Below the pieces are notes generated by a model that saw only the letters and a program-made list of their open reading frames with translations, was not told where the DNA came from and searched no databases. The position numbers were made by a program, and so were the translations under genes. From NCBI GenBank assembly GCA_963752255.1, contig CAVVXT010000003.1:1-64000 (forward strand): a stretch of 64,000 nt of DNA, read 5' to 3'. This document shows, piece after piece, positions 38,475-49,341 of this stretch. Source of the DNA: Nitrososphaeria archaeon (lineage in GTDB: Archaea; Thermoproteota; Nitrososphaeria; JACIWG01). Position 1 is the first letter of the stretch; every line of letters starts with the position of its first letter.

Positions 38475-39791
38475 TTATTCATATCTTAAAGCCTTTATTG
38501 GCTCCATTCTTGATGCACGCCATGCTGGGTAGAGACCTGCAATGATGCTGACAGAGATTGCGATTATGAGTGAAATGAAAACGATTTCAGGGGTTATAAC
38601 CGGAGTATACGATAAACTTCCTGATGTGAATCCTCCGCCTCCTCCTCCTGCGAGTCCTCCTCCTCCTGCGAATCCTCCTCCTCCTGCGAATCCTCCTCCT
38701 CCACGAGCAGCTGCTGTAGTAGTAGCCGCTGCGCTTTGTCCAATACTTGAAGAACTCACTAATGAACTTAAAATAATGGGTATAATTGATGACACTCCTG
38801 CACCTAAAAGAATGCCAAAAATTCCGCCTAAAATGCCTATTATAGCAGATTCTGAGAGGAAGAGGCTTAATATATTTCTGTCTTTAAAACCTATAGCCTT
38901 CATTATACCTATTTCGTGAATCCGTTCATATACCGATACCAATTGAATATTCATTATTCCTACCCCTGCAACAATCAACGATATTGCAGCTATTGCACCA
39001 AGCAAAAGGCCAAGCAGAGATATTATCGAAGAAACAGAGCTTGAGATCGATGCTACTGAAATAATCGTAACGCCGCTTCCATAAATATCTGATAGCTGTG
39101 TTTGGACACTGCTTACATCATTTACATTATCAGCTTTGACTAATATTTCATTGTAATAATTTCTGTTCAATATACTCTCCATAGCGCTTATCGGAATGAA
39201 TATTGAAGTATCAGGAGAAATAAATGAACTTGAACCATACTGATCAAGCAAACCCACTACTATCATTGTTATGCTTCTGCTTGATGTCCCAACATTTTGT
39301 GTTAATATCAACGGTTGGCCAACGTAAGCAGTCTGCGAACCTCCAGTAGGAAACGTTAAACTATACCCCACTACAGCTACAGGAGCTGTAGTATCGGTGT
39401 ACACGCTTCCATCTCCGAGCTTTATACTGCCTAGAAGGGATTGAATGCTCTGGGAGTCTACACCTATCACCGATACGGTGGTCGGCGTCCCTGATTCGGT
39501 TAATGTAAATGAGGAAGTTATCATTGGTATAACAGTTTGAATATGTTGTAAGGTTTCTATGTTTGCGACAGTAGCTGCACTAAGTTGAGTTCTGCCTCCT
39601 ATAATAATTATCGATGTTGGGCCAAGGGATTCCAGCTCACCCGTAATACTCGCCTGTATTCCAGTCGTCTGCGAAACTAATGCTATGATTGCTGCAACTC
39701 CTATTACGACACTAAGGATAGTTATAGCAGCCCTTAATTTTCTTTCCCTAAGTCCTTTAAAACCGAGCCGAAGGACATCTGTTGCTCTCAT
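38475..39791 (-). CDS. ABC transporter permease (MacB/FtsX family)
   Basis: 'K.R..ITIL.V.IGVA', 'GIMN...SV.ER..EIG..KAIG', 'YPAWRAS...PI.ALR'. Confidence 0.92.
   Translation of the reverse strand: MRATDVLRLGFKGLRERKLRAAITILSVVIGVAAIIALVSQTTGIQASITGELESLGPTSIIIIGGRTQLSAATVANIETLQHIQTVIPMITSSFTLTESGTPTTVSVIGVDSQSIQSLLGSIKLGDGSVYTDTTAPVAVVGYSLTFPTGGSQTAYVGQPLILTQNVGTSSRSITMIVVGLLDQYGSSSFISPDTSIFIPISAMESILNRNYYNEILVKADNVNDVSSVQTQLSDIYGSGVTIISVASISSSVSSIISLLGLLLGAIAAISLIVAGVGIMNIQLVSVYERIHEIGIMKAIGFKDRNILSLFLSESAIIGILGGIFGILLGAGVSSIIPIILSSLVSSSSIGQSAAATTTAAARGGGGFAGGGGFAGGGGLAGGGGGGFTSGSLSYTPVITPEIVFISLIIAISVSIIAGLYPAWRASRMEPIKALRYE
38635..38702. repeat. 18-bp tandem repeat encoding GGGG(F/L)A
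   Basis: (CCTCCTCCTCCTGCGA[A/G]T) x ~3. Confidence 0.8.
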
Positions 39792-41756
39792 TTACGGTTC
39801 CTCTCTCCTCCTCTTTCCTACCAAGTATCCAACTCCTAGCATTACAACTGCAATGACGATAAAAGGTGTTATAGAGTATAATAATCCTATACCTGTGCTT
39901 GTGTTACTTGAAGTACGTGTGGTCGTTATTGTAGAAGTCTGATTAGCAATGTTAACGTTAAGAGTTATTTTTGTCGATAAAGAATTTCTGAGGTTATCAA
40001 AATATGTTATTGTTACTGGCAACTGATACCTTCCAGGCTTTGTGGTGTTTGTTGTCTCGACGCTAATCGTAAAAGTTGTTGGGGTGTCAAGAGGCATGGT
40101 ACCTATAAAGACAGATGTAGAACCGAATACTCTAAAACCTTGAGGAAGCTGGGGTGTAGCAGTAACCGAAGCCGCGCTGATTGTGCCCACATTATTTATC
40201 GTAACAGTGGCTGAAAAAATCGAGCCAATTGTTGGAGCAGTTGGTAAAATAGTTGAAGAAACAACCTCCATGTCGACTAAACCCTGCGCAAGAATACCAA
40301 AATTCCTTACTACTTGGTTTAATATTCCATTTGAATCATAGTAATTAATCGAAATCTGCAATTGTGTTGAAGCAGTAGCTGTTGACGAAACATAGGCTTT
40401 TCCTGTTATTTGAGCGCTCTTTCCAGGTGCAAGTTCGTCTATCTGGAAGATGGACGGCTGAAGCCAAGTAAGCGAGCTACCTGCAAAAACGAATGTCATA
40501 GAAACACCATTTATTTGAGTTGTTCCCTCATTTGCGATGGTTATCGTGATGTTGTTCACTTCTCCTGACACTAGGGTCGTTGGCTGAACGTTCAACGTAA
40601 TAGGAGATATATTCGATGTTGTACTCAATAGGAAGCTTAGGGTTCTACTACCACTTCCAACAATCCCTGAAGGGTCGAGATAAGAGAAAGTGAATGAAAT
40701 CGAGGCTGCATTGGTAGCAGAAGGTGGAACATAAACCAAAGCAGAAATATTCTGGCTCCGATTAGGGTTCAGTGTTCCAATATTAATTACATCTGTGCTT
40801 AGAAGAGTTATAGGAGATTGAGCGCTTAGTTCAAGTGAAATGTTACTAACAACCGTTTGTCCATCGTTTTCAAAGGTAAAAGTGACTGGGGTCGTACTGC
40901 CAGGTGCTAGAATATTAGTGGAAGAAGATAGCTTCAAAATTGGAGTGCTGTAAGATTTGACTACAAATCCCAAGCTCGCACTCACAGTTTTGGAATTAGA
41001 ATATGCATCTTTGTAGATTGCCGTAAAAGAAAAAGTCATAGGCGTATTTCCTTCAGAAGGGGGAATATATACTGAAAGGTTCAATATTGTAGAAGAATGA
41101 GCATTTAGCGTAGGAATCAATGCAAATTGGTTCAACAAACTGGTCTGCGCAGGTACAACTGCAGAAATGGAAATATCCGACGCATTTCCGATCCCTGTGT
41201 TGTCCAATTGAATTTGGACGTCGTTTACTTGGTCTGGGATAAGGTAGACTTGCGATGTGTTGAAGCTAAGATTTACATCACCCCTCAATTGAATAGAGAA
41301 TGAGGTTGATTCTTCTGAGCCGATCATGATTGGAGGTGTTACCCATGACAAATTCATTGGAAAAGAGTGCCAGCCAAGAGAAACATTACTATCAATGTTC
41401 AACATAAAGTTGAGTTGAAAAACTGAACTGGGAGTGGCAGATACGTAATAAGCAACGGCACTATTACTACCGTTTGTATCTGTAAATCCACTGGGAAGAT
41501 TCAATGTCGCTTGTATATTTGATGCAGAACTAGGAACTATGGCATTACCGTAGTATTGTACGTTAAGCGTTAAGGGAACATTATTGTCACCAGGACCTGC
41601 CTGTACTGGAGAAGATGGTGTGCCCCAAAAGGCTGATTGCACAAAAAAAGCTAAAGTTGACGCTTCCGCGGTGTTGTTTGTGTATGTGCTTGTAACAATC
41701 GGCAATAAGAACAAGAACAGTACTAAGATTACTGTAATCAACATTCTTTTTTTCAT
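39792..41756 (-). CDS. COG1361-type S-layer / Ig-like repeat protein
   Basis: Signal peptide, repeated 'N.G...A..I/V' beta domains, Thr-rich linker, C-terminal TM anchor. Confidence 0.8.
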   Translation of the reverse strand: MKKRMLITVILVLFLFLLPIVTSTYTNNTAEASTLAFFVQSAFWGTPSSPVQAGPGDNNVPLTLNVQYYGNAIVPSSASNIQATLNLPSGFTDTNGSNSAVAYYVSATPSSVFQLNFMLNIDSNVSLGWHSFPMNLSWVTPPIMIGSEESTSFSIQLRGDVNLSFNTSQVYLIPDQVNDVQIQLDNTGIGNASDISISAVVPAQTSLLNQFALIPTLNAHSSTILNLSVYIPPSEGNTPMTFSFTAIYKDAYSNSKTVSASLGFVVKSYSTPILKLSSSTNILAPGSTTPVTFTFENDGQTVVSNISLELSAQSPITLLSTDVINIGTLNPNRSQNISALVYVPPSATNAASISFTFSYLDPSGIVGSGSRTLSFLLSTTSNISPITLNVQPTTLVSGEVNNITITIANEGTTQINGVSMTFVFAGSSLTWLQPSIFQIDELAPGKSAQITGKAYVSSTATASTQLQISINYYDSNGILNQVVRNFGILAQGLVDMEVVSSTILPTAPTIGSIFSATVTINNVGTISAASVTATPQLPQGFRVFGSTSVFIGTMPLDTPTTFTISVETTNTTKPGRYQLPVTITYFDNLRNSLSTKITLNVNIANQTSTITTTRTSSNTSTGIGLLYSITPFIVIAVVMLGVGYLVGKRRREEP

Positions 41757-42544
41757 GCTTGTAGCACCTCCTCTTTCTCTACTTTACCATCTCTTAGGTA
41801 GATGATTCTACTAGAATATTTTGTGATTTCCATATTATGGGTTACCATTACAATTGTCACATTCCTTTCAGTACTTATAGCCTTAAGAAGGGAAGCAACA
41901 ATTGCCGAGGTTTTAGAATCCAAATTGCCCGTGGGCTCATCAGCTAATATTAATGAAGGATCGTTCACAAGAGCTCTAGCTATAGCAACGCGTTGTTGCT
42001 CACCACCGCTAAGCTCTTTAGGTTTCTTATTCACCTTGTCCGCCATATTAAGTTGGCCAAGAAGAGTAACTGCCTTCTCTTTTCTTTTAGAACTTGGAAC
42101 GCCAAGTGAGATAAGAGGAAGCTCAATGTTTTCTCTTGCAGTTAAATATGGAACGAGATTATAAGTCTGAAAGATGAAGCCTAAAGATTTATTTCTAATT
42201 TTTGCTAACTGATTACCCTTCAAGTTTGAAGTGTTAATACCGTTGAGAAATACCTCCCCTTTTGTTGGTGTGTCCAATGTGCCGATCAAATCAAGAAGGG
42301 TTGTTTTTCCACTACCTGAAGGTCCGACAATTGAAACAAATTCTCCTCTCTTTACAGTGATTGAAACACCACTTAAAGCGGGGTATTCGACTGTTCCTAG
42401 TCGATAGACTTTCCAGAGATCATTAGTTCTAACAGTCTCATTCGTTTGTTCTCTATGATTCTTTGTACTTAGATCTTTATTTTCTGTATTAGTAACTGAA
42501 CCTTTATCATTATACGTTGCAAAAATAGTTTCACTGGTTGACAT
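41753..42544 (-). CDS. ABC transporter ATP-binding protein (LolD/MacB type); start uncertain
   Basis: [27 protein letters not shown]. Confidence 0.93.
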   Translation of the reverse strand: MSTSETIFATYNDKGSVTNTENKDLSTKNHREQTNETVRTNDLWKVYRLGTVEYPALSGVSITVKRGEFVSIVGPSGSGKTTLLDLIGTLDTPTKGEVFLNGINTSNLKGNQLAKIRNKSLGFIFQTYNLVPYLTARENIELPLISLGVPSSKRKEKAVTLLGQLNMADKVNKKPKELSGGEQQRVAIARALVNDPSLILADEPTGNLDSKTSAIVASLLKAISTERNVTIVMVTHNMEITKYSSRIIYLRDGKVEKEEVLQA

Positions 42545-42693
42545 ATCAATGACGATAACACTGCGGGATAGAAATGAGTTATTTAAGTGTTTTTCAAAAT
42601 TAAGCCAAATTCTTTTCTGAAACAAAGTTAACAGAACTCTAGCAATAACCATTTTAAAATTTAATACCATATAGTGTTGAATATTATGTTAGT

Positions 42694-43407
42694 ATGCCGC
42701 AAGAAAAAAGAAATCAAGATGAATATCTGCCCAAAGAAATTACAAGTGAGGAAATGAAATTCATCGAAGAGAATGCAGAAAAAATGGGTTTTGATCGTAA
42801 GCTAATGATGGAAAACGCGGGTACAGGAACTTCTGATTTTATATCTACGAAGACAGATGTTCTGGGAAAGAGGGCACTTATTATTTGTGGCACTGGTAAC
42901 AATGGTGGAGACGGCTTCGTTACAGCCAGACATCTAGTAAATCTTGGTGCAAAACCTAAAATGGTATTGATCGGAAATCCATCTAACATAAGGACATATG
43001 AATCCCAAGCTAACTGGTCAATATTAACTCAGATGAAAGATGTTAAGATACTTACTATAGTTGATGTCTCTCAACTTTCAGACTTTACAGAAGAGCTGAA
43101 AAAATGCGATTTCATAGTTGACGCTATGCTAGGTACTGGAGTAAAAGGGGCCCTAAGAGATCCATTTCTATCGATAGTAGTTGCCATAAATAATTCAAAT
43201 AAGCTAGTATTTGCCGTTGACACTCCTACAGGATTGGACCCCTCAACAGGTGAAATATGTGGTGTAGCAGTGAAGGCGAATTACACTATAACGTTTCATA
43301 AGATGAAAAAAGGTTTTGGGCAAAGAAAAGAGTATATAGGCGAGGTTTTTGTTAGAGAGATCGGAATACCTCCTGAAGCTGAACTTGAATCATTTTTTTC
43401 ATGTTAA
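42694..43407 (+). CDS. nnrE: NAD(P)H-hydrate epimerase (YjeF N-domain)
   Basis: 'LMMENAG', 'G.GNNGGDG', 'VDA.LGTG', 'VD.PTG'. Confidence 0.9.
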   Translation: MPQEKRNQDEYLPKEITSEEMKFIEENAEKMGFDRKLMMENAGTGTSDFISTKTDVLGKRALIICGTGNNGGDGFVTARHLVNLGAKPKMVLIGNPSNIRTYESQANWSILTQMKDVKILTIVDVSQLSDFTEELKKCDFIVDAMLGTGVKGALRDPFLSIVVAINNSNKLVFAVDTPTGLDPSTGEICGVAVKANYTITFHKMKKGFGQRKEYIGEVFVREIGIPPEAELESFFSC

Positions 43408-43585
43408 ATACACTCTAAGGAACAGGATTTCCAAACGTACAATTTTGGAAAAGAGCTACACAAATAGGTTATGTTCTCTAAACCTTCCGCTTTTAAGAGA
43501 TCAAACGTTTTACAAATTAAAATCTATGCAATTGACCTAAATAATTATATCTGGTTTGTCAAGTATGTATTGGACAGTGAATGCT

Positions 43586-44875
43586 ATGAGCGCAATAAAG
43601 GAAGTTCACGCAAGAGAAGTATTTGATTTGAAGAATCTGCCTGCAGTAGAAGTGGAAGTGCTACTTGATGATGGCAGCGAAGGCAAAGCAATTGCACCCT
43701 CAGGAACTTCAAGGGGAAGTAATGAATCATGTGATCTTAGGGATGGCGATGAGAAATACTTCAATGGTATGGGTGTTTCCAAAGCCATCTACAATGTGAA
43801 CACTCTTATTGCCAAGAAACTTAGAGGTGAGGATTCAACAGACCAGGAACATATAGATGATTTGATGATCGAGCTTGATGGAACAGAGGACAAATCCAAG
43901 CTAGGTGGAAATGCTATAATTGCTTCTTCGATAGCAAATGCCAAAGCGGCAGCTGAATCTTTAGGAGTTCCCCTTTTCGAGCATCTTGGTGCAGGGAAGG
44001 TTATTCCAATTGCTTGGTTCTTGGTCATGGTAGGCGGACCAATATATGCAGGAGAAAAAGTTAAAACTTCAGATATTCAAGAGTTTGCATATTATGATGT
44101 ACACTCAAAAAGCTTTAGAGAAGGGTACGAAACAACATTATATGTATACAGGAAATTACGTGAGCTATTAGAAAAAAAGAAAGGTTACGCTCTTCCAAGG
44201 CTTGGAGGCGGTTGGCTTGCTCCCGTATTCTCATCAAATGACGAGGCTTTATCTGTTGCAACCGATGCAATAGAAAAAGCAGGTTTCATGCCTGGAAAAG
44301 ATTTTGTTATATACATTGATGTTGCGGCAACGCACCTGTATAAAGGAGGTAAATATCATCTAAACGCAGACAATAGGAAACTCTCAAGCGAAGAGATGGT
44401 TAACTTTTTGGAGGACGTACGCCGCAAATATCCTGTCATCAGTATGGAGGACTGTCTTAGTGAAGAAGATTGGGAGGGATGGAAGCTCATAACGAAAAGG
44501 CTCGGCAAAAGGACGCAGTTGGTTGGTGATGATCTATTTACAACGAATCCGAAACGACTTAAGAAAGGTATAGAAATGGGTGTTGCAAACGCGATCATAA
44601 TTAAACCGAATCAGATAGGGACCCTATCAGAAACTATTCAAACTATAAAGATCGCGAAAGCTGCTGGATACGGTACAATGCCGTCCGCACGTTCGGGAGA
44701 AATAGGTGATCCATTCCTAAGTCATCTAATTGTAGGACAGAGTCTGGGTCAAGGTAAACTAGCCTGGTTCGACGGAGACGATCATATAAGATTCAATGAA
44801 TTACTTAGAATAGAAGAACAACTAGGAAGTAAAGGTAGATATATTGGTCGTAATGTTCTCTTAAGATTTCTTTAA
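43586..44875 (+). CDS. Enolase-superfamily paralog with divergent active site
   Basis: Enolase fold motifs (ELDGT.DKSKLG.NA, VGDDLF.TN, IKPNQIGT); GDEGG and SHRS altered. Confidence 0.85.
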   Translation: MSAIKEVHAREVFDLKNLPAVEVEVLLDDGSEGKAIAPSGTSRGSNESCDLRDGDEKYFNGMGVSKAIYNVNTLIAKKLRGEDSTDQEHIDDLMIELDGTEDKSKLGGNAIIASSIANAKAAAESLGVPLFEHLGAGKVIPIAWFLVMVGGPIYAGEKVKTSDIQEFAYYDVHSKSFREGYETTLYVYRKLRELLEKKKGYALPRLGGGWLAPVFSSNDEALSVATDAIEKAGFMPGKDFVIYIDVAATHLYKGGKYHLNADNRKLSSEEMVNFLEDVRRKYPVISMEDCLSEEDWEGWKLITKRLGKRTQLVGDDLFTTNPKRLKKGIEMGVANAIIIKPNQIGTLSETIQTIKIAKAAGYGTMPSARSGEIGDPFLSHLIVGQSLGQGKLAWFDGDDHIRFNELLRIEEQLGSKGRYIGRNVLLRFL

Positions 44876-45070
44876 AATTCTGAAGAAAGAGGTAGATTAT
44901 TTGATATGTCAATAAGTTATTTGATTTGCAAATAATAATGTTAAGATAGTTGTCAGACACAAAGATGGTAGTGGAAAATGATTAAGCACGAAAGAAGGAG
45001 ACGCAAGAGCTATGTAGCTAAATTGAAGCTCGAATATGATACTGATAGTTATAAAAGGGAGGAATTTCCA

Positions 45071-45403
45071 ATGACACAGTACACTCAGGCAGAACAGGCG
45101 CTTATTAGGGAACTTACAAAAAAAGGTGTGGAATATGTAACTCAGGTTCCTTTTGAAAGAAAAAACGAACAGACAATAAAAGGTGAACCAAAGCAGTATA
45201 TTGCAGATATTCTAATTAAGAATACGAAAATTATATTTGAAATAGAAGGCAGTAAATCCTCGAGTTCTGATAATCCGAAGAGAGATAGCTTCTTTAAAGA
45301 AAAGGGGTATCAGATCATCCATATTCCAAACGAATTAGCTATGAAATATCCCTCAACACTATCGGAATTAATAAAAGCCTTTACAAATAAAATCTCCATT
45401 TGA
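45071..45403 (+). CDS. DUF559/Vsr-like PD-(D/E)xK endonuclease
   Basis: 'T.AE..L', 'Q', 'YIADI', 'FEIEG', 'RD..F...GY.I.HI'. Confidence 0.75.
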   Translation: MTQYTQAEQALIRELTKKGVEYVTQVPFERKNEQTIKGEPKQYIADILIKNTKIIFEIEGSKSSSSDNPKRDSFFKEKGYQIIHIPNELAMKYPSTLSELIKAFTNKISI

Positions 45404-45423
45404 TTGTCTTTTTTGTTTTTTCA

Positions 45424-47157
45424 TTAATATGAGGGGACACCAGGAAAAACCTCTTTCTTGGTCCTGCGAACTAGCCCTATTGGAGCATATTCCCTTTTAT
45501 CAGTCACGACATCAACTATAGCAGGTTTTCCTGAGTCAAAGGCACCATTGATAGCTTCAGCTATTTCACTTGGTCTATCAACCCTTACCCCATAGCATCC
45601 AAAAGCTTCAGCGATTTTCGCATAGTTGAGTTCAGTGAAGTCTGCATGATTGATTTTAAAATCTCCTTTAAGCGCCCAATTTTCAAAGGGAGGTCTCGTC
45701 TGGCCAAGGCTTGAGTTGTTATTGACTAGAGCTACAAATGGAACATGCATGTCTTTGCATCTCTTAGCCGTCTCGAGTTCTGAAATGTTGTAGAGTATAC
45801 CGCCGTCTCCTATCAAATTTAGAACTCTCTGACCCTCTTTCGCTCCAAAAGAGACACCTATAGCTAAGGCAAAACTAGAACCCAATGTTCCGCCACATGG
45901 GATATAGGTCATTCCGGCTTTCTTTACCTTCATTAATCTTGTTGTCCAGCAAAGCATCTGACCTGTGTCGCTCACTACGATGTCTTCTGATTTGAGTGAT
46001 TTCTCAACCTCTTTTATCATGCGTTGAGGCTTAATTGGAATTTCTTCTGAAGCCATCATGAGACTAATTAAATTTTCATACCTTAGATACTCTTTAGCTA
46101 TTTCCTGTAGCCTTGCACTTTTTAAAACAGGCTTCCTAATCATTGTCCTCAAAGTTTCTAAAAGATCATTTAATACAACCTTGCAATCACCTATTAAAGC
46201 TACATCAGCTCTGTACTTTCTTCCAATAACAACCGGGTCGATGTCCAATTGTACGATTTTACATGAGTCAGGCTCCGGTGCAGTGAACTCTTCTGTAGTG
46301 TGACTGTCAGGTCTTATTGAAATAAAGAATACTAAGTCAGCTTCCCTAATTATTTGGTTAGTGACTTCCCTGCCGTAGACTCCCATAACACCAATTGAGA
46401 GAGGGTGCTCTTCTGGGAAACTGCCTTTTCCTTTATAGTTTGTTGCAACAGGTGCTGAAATTAATTCTGCAAGTTCTTTTACTTCATTGTAGGCGTCCGA
46501 AAGATGTACCCCTGAGCCACATATTATGACGGGTCTTTCAGCTGAAATTAAAAGTTTGGCGGCGTCATGCACCTTTCCGGGTTCGGCTCTAGGGCGGAAG
46601 GGTGGAACTTTAAAGAATGTTTTATCGCCGCGCACCTCTTGCATTTCTGCAACATCAGAAGCCATATCTAAATGCATGTTTACATGAGTTGGCCCTGGGC
46701 ATCCACTCACCGCGATCTGGATCGCAGCGCGCAGGTATTCTCCTATCCTGGATATATCAGTGACGTCCGCATTAAATTTACACGTGGCTTCGAAATATGG
46801 CATTTCAGGACAGTCTTGATACTGCCATAGATCTCTTAAAAGTGTTGGAACTGAGCCAGTAAAAGCAACTACTGGACTATGCGCATACATCGGTTCATAA
46901 AGCATGGAGGCAAGAATCGCAGCAGCAGCGCCATGTTGTGAATAACAGACAGAAGGTTTTCTTGTTACTCTTGAATAACCATCAGCCATATTACAGGCAG
47001 CCTTTTCGTTTCTACATAAAACCATTTTTGTCCCCTCTTTCTCAATAGACGACGAAATCAACATGCCGCCAGTAACATAAAAGAAGTGATCGATACCGCA
47101 TTCTTTGATGGCTTTGGCGACAGCTATCTCACCACTCAAATTTTTCCCCTTAATCAT
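45424..47157 (-). CDS. Thiamine-diphosphate enzyme (acetolactate synthase-like)
   Basis: 'RNE..A..MADGY.R', 'PGP.H', 'GDGG...N'. Confidence 0.9.
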   Translation of the reverse strand: MIKGKNLSGEIAVAKAIKECGIDHFFYVTGGMLISSSIEKEGTKMVLCRNEKAACNMADGYSRVTRKPSVCYSQHGAAAAILASMLYEPMYAHSPVVAFTGSVPTLLRDLWQYQDCPEMPYFEATCKFNADVTDISRIGEYLRAAIQIAVSGCPGPTHVNMHLDMASDVAEMQEVRGDKTFFKVPPFRPRAEPGKVHDAAKLLISAERPVIICGSGVHLSDAYNEVKELAELISAPVATNYKGKGSFPEEHPLSIGVMGVYGREVTNQIIREADLVFFISIRPDSHTTEEFTAPEPDSCKIVQLDIDPVVIGRKYRADVALIGDCKVVLNDLLETLRTMIRKPVLKSARLQEIAKEYLRYENLISLMMASEEIPIKPQRMIKEVEKSLKSEDIVVSDTGQMLCWTTRLMKVKKAGMTYIPCGGTLGSSFALAIGVSFGAKEGQRVLNLIGDGGILYNISELETAKRCKDMHVPFVALVNNNSSLGQTRPPFENWALKGDFKINHADFTELNYAKIAEAFGCYGVRVDRPSEIAEAINGAFDSGKPAIVDVVTDKREYAPIGLVRRTKKEVFPGVPSY

Positions 47158-47294
47158 CCAAACCAGTATATTACGCTATACATCTTTTAGTATTAAGTCT
47201 TATCCACTTTTTTAGAACGATTTTTTTCATTTGGTCAAGTAAACATGATAAAATACCACATCGCACATTATGCACTACGAAACTATTGCATTGA

Positions 47295-48131
47295 TCATCC
47301 CATATAAAGTCCTGCGCATACATTAATGTCTTGACCGGTGATCTTACTTGCTTCATCAGAAGCTAAGAAGAGTGCCATATATGCTACGTCGTCGTGGGAA
47401 ATAAGTGCTTCACTATAACCTTCCCCTGCTAGATACCTTCCTCCGAGCACTCCCCTCCTACGTTGTTCTTCGAGCTTTGTTCGAAATTCTTCAGCATTGA
47501 AAGATTTGCCTTGTAACTCGGCTAGATCTCTTGCCATCTCTAAATTTCGCTCTCCACCTGGTAAACCAGGGCAGATAGCATTAACCGTTATGTTGAATTT
47601 GCCTACTTCCACCGCTAACGTGCGTGTGAACCCTATTATCCCCATTTTTGATGTTGCATAGGGTGTTCTATGTGGTAGTGGATTTTTCCCTGTGATAGAA
47701 CTCATATTTATTATTCGACCACTCTTCCTTTCGATCATCTCTGGAAGCACTGCTTTGGTACATAAAAAGGTTCCATTAATGTTAACAGATAAGGTTCGAT
47801 TCCATTCCTCCAAAGTAACATTCCAACAGTCTTTTGTCGGACCAGTTATTCCGACATTATTAACCAAAATGTCTATCCTACCAAATTGTTTAATGGTTTC
47901 CTTCACCATATTGTTAACCTGATCTTCTTTTGAGACATCAACATTTAAACAGATAACCTTATGGTTGTTTGCCTTAATTTTTGACCCAACTCTATTCCAA
48001 AGGTCCTCGACAGGAATCATATCTGATATTGAAACCGCTGCACCTTCTTTTGAAAACAATTTTGCCATAGCTTCCCCGAACCCCCTGCCACATCCTGTTA
48101 TAATTGCCACCTTTCCGTCCAATCTTCCCAT
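47295..48131 (-). CDS. SDR-family oxidoreductase
   Basis: TGCGRGFG, NNVG, YATSK. Confidence 0.92.
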   Translation of the reverse strand: MGRLDGKVAIITGCGRGFGEAMAKLFSKEGAAVSISDMIPVEDLWNRVGSKIKANNHKVICLNVDVSKEDQVNNMVKETIKQFGRIDILVNNVGITGPTKDCWNVTLEEWNRTLSVNINGTFLCTKAVLPEMIERKSGRIINMSSITGKNPLPHRTPYATSKMGIIGFTRTLAVEVGKFNITVNAICPGLPGGERNLEMARDLAELQGKSFNAEEFRTKLEEQRRRGVLGGRYLAGEGYSEALISHDDVAYMALFLASDEASKITGQDINVCAGLYMG

Positions 48132-48240
48132 TAGATTCCCCAAGAACATACTATGATTAGAATTATAAATCTTGTCTATCTTTTATGTCTCTAGAATAGA
48201 TATGACATTGAAAAAAGATATTTTTCTTTCTTCAAAGCAG

Positions 48241-48921
48241 TTAAAGAGCCGGTGTGTCTTTGTTCAAACCAATTATTTGGATATCTATAGGTATCTTGTC
48301 TTGAATTGAGCTAAAATATTTATCCATAGTAAAAAATCTTTGGCAACCTAACTTTATTGAAATTAGAACGTGTATCAGGTCAGGAGCATTCAGCCCTTTG
48401 TACACAATCTTACTATCCGATTTACATTTGCTACATGATAATTGTTCATTGCATGATGAACAATAGTAGCCGTATACTCGAAAAGTACCAAATGATCCTA
48501 TGATTAAATCTAAACAATTTCGAAACATATCCTCTGAGTAAGACCGCCCAGGTTCTTCAAAGTAAAAATGTTTAGTGTCACGGCTCAGTTTATCGACAAT
48601 ATCACGAAAATATTCTTGGCTTTTCTCAGTAACTTGTTCCAAGAATTCTTTAGAATTAGCCATCTTAAAAAGCTGGTTTTTTGCCAATCCTTTTTCTTGC
48701 TCTCTGAAAGTTTCTTCGGTGACGATACTTCTTAAAGCATGTAGAGTTTCTGCTAGGACAAAGTTTGAGATTACGATTTTATATTTTCCTTCAATAGCAT
48801 TATTAAACAACTCCTCAACAGCTGCAAAATCTTCTTCTTTTAGGTTTCGCTTCTTACCTAACAAATATGTAATCAATATATTAGTGTCGACGTACACTTT
48901 TTCGAGATCGGGACTTTTCAT
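48241..48921 (-). CDS. PIN-domain nuclease with inserted zinc ribbon
   Basis: 'VYVDTNIL', 'V.AE', 'D.IH', 'F.T.DK.F'; insert CSSC..CSKC. Confidence 0.8.
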   Translation of the reverse strand: MKSPDLEKVYVDTNILITYLLGKKRNLKEEDFAAVEELFNNAIEGKYKIVISNFVLAETLHALRSIVTEETFREQEKGLAKNQLFKMANSKEFLEQVTEKSQEYFRDIVDKLSRDTKHFYFEEPGRSYSEDMFRNCLDLIIGSFGTFRVYGYYCSSCNEQLSCSKCKSDSKIVYKGLNAPDLIHVLISIKLGCQRFFTMDKYFSSIQDKIPIDIQIIGLNKDTPAL

Positions 48922-49340
48922 TCATTATCCCGTATTCTCCTTACTATCTCGACGACATCCATTTTCTCGCTAGTCACTCCTGATATTAACCCATCTAAAG
49001 ATGTAATTGTCCCAGAATCTTCTTCAAAGTTTGCAGGTAAACCGAGGAGTAATCGTAATTTGAGCCTTGAAAAATAATCCATGCTACTTAATGGATGAAG
49101 AAAGGTAAACATCTGTCTTTCAATCTCTGACTTCCTCTCTTCTAGTTCGACTATACGACTAGGAATCACTAATGTCATAAGTATGTCAGACAGTTCCTTA
49201 CTAAAGTTTGGAACTTTCTCAAAATTACCTATCTTGGAAATGACTTCCTGTATATCAAACATTTTCTGTTGAGTTAATTGTATTATTTTTAGAAGACATT
49301 TATTAAAATTTTCAGAATAATTGTATAAACTGCACATCAT
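48918..49340 (-). CDS. Putative antitoxin-like partner of the PIN gene
   Basis: ATGA overlap with PIN; C-terminal 'D.VE.VR.IR'. Confidence 0.55.
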   Translation of the reverse strand: MMCSLYNYSENFNKCLLKIIQLTQQKMFDIQEVISKIGNFEKVPNFSKELSDILMTLVIPSRIVELEERKSEIERQMFTFLHPLSSMDYFSRLKLRLLLGLPANFEEDSGTITSLDGLISGVTSEKMDVVEIVRRIRDNE

Positions 49341-49341
49341 A

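Noticed and set aside
38635-38702. Contingency (phase-variable) repeat
   Set aside because: In-frame 18-bp units encoding a Gly-rich loop; copy changes would not shift the frame
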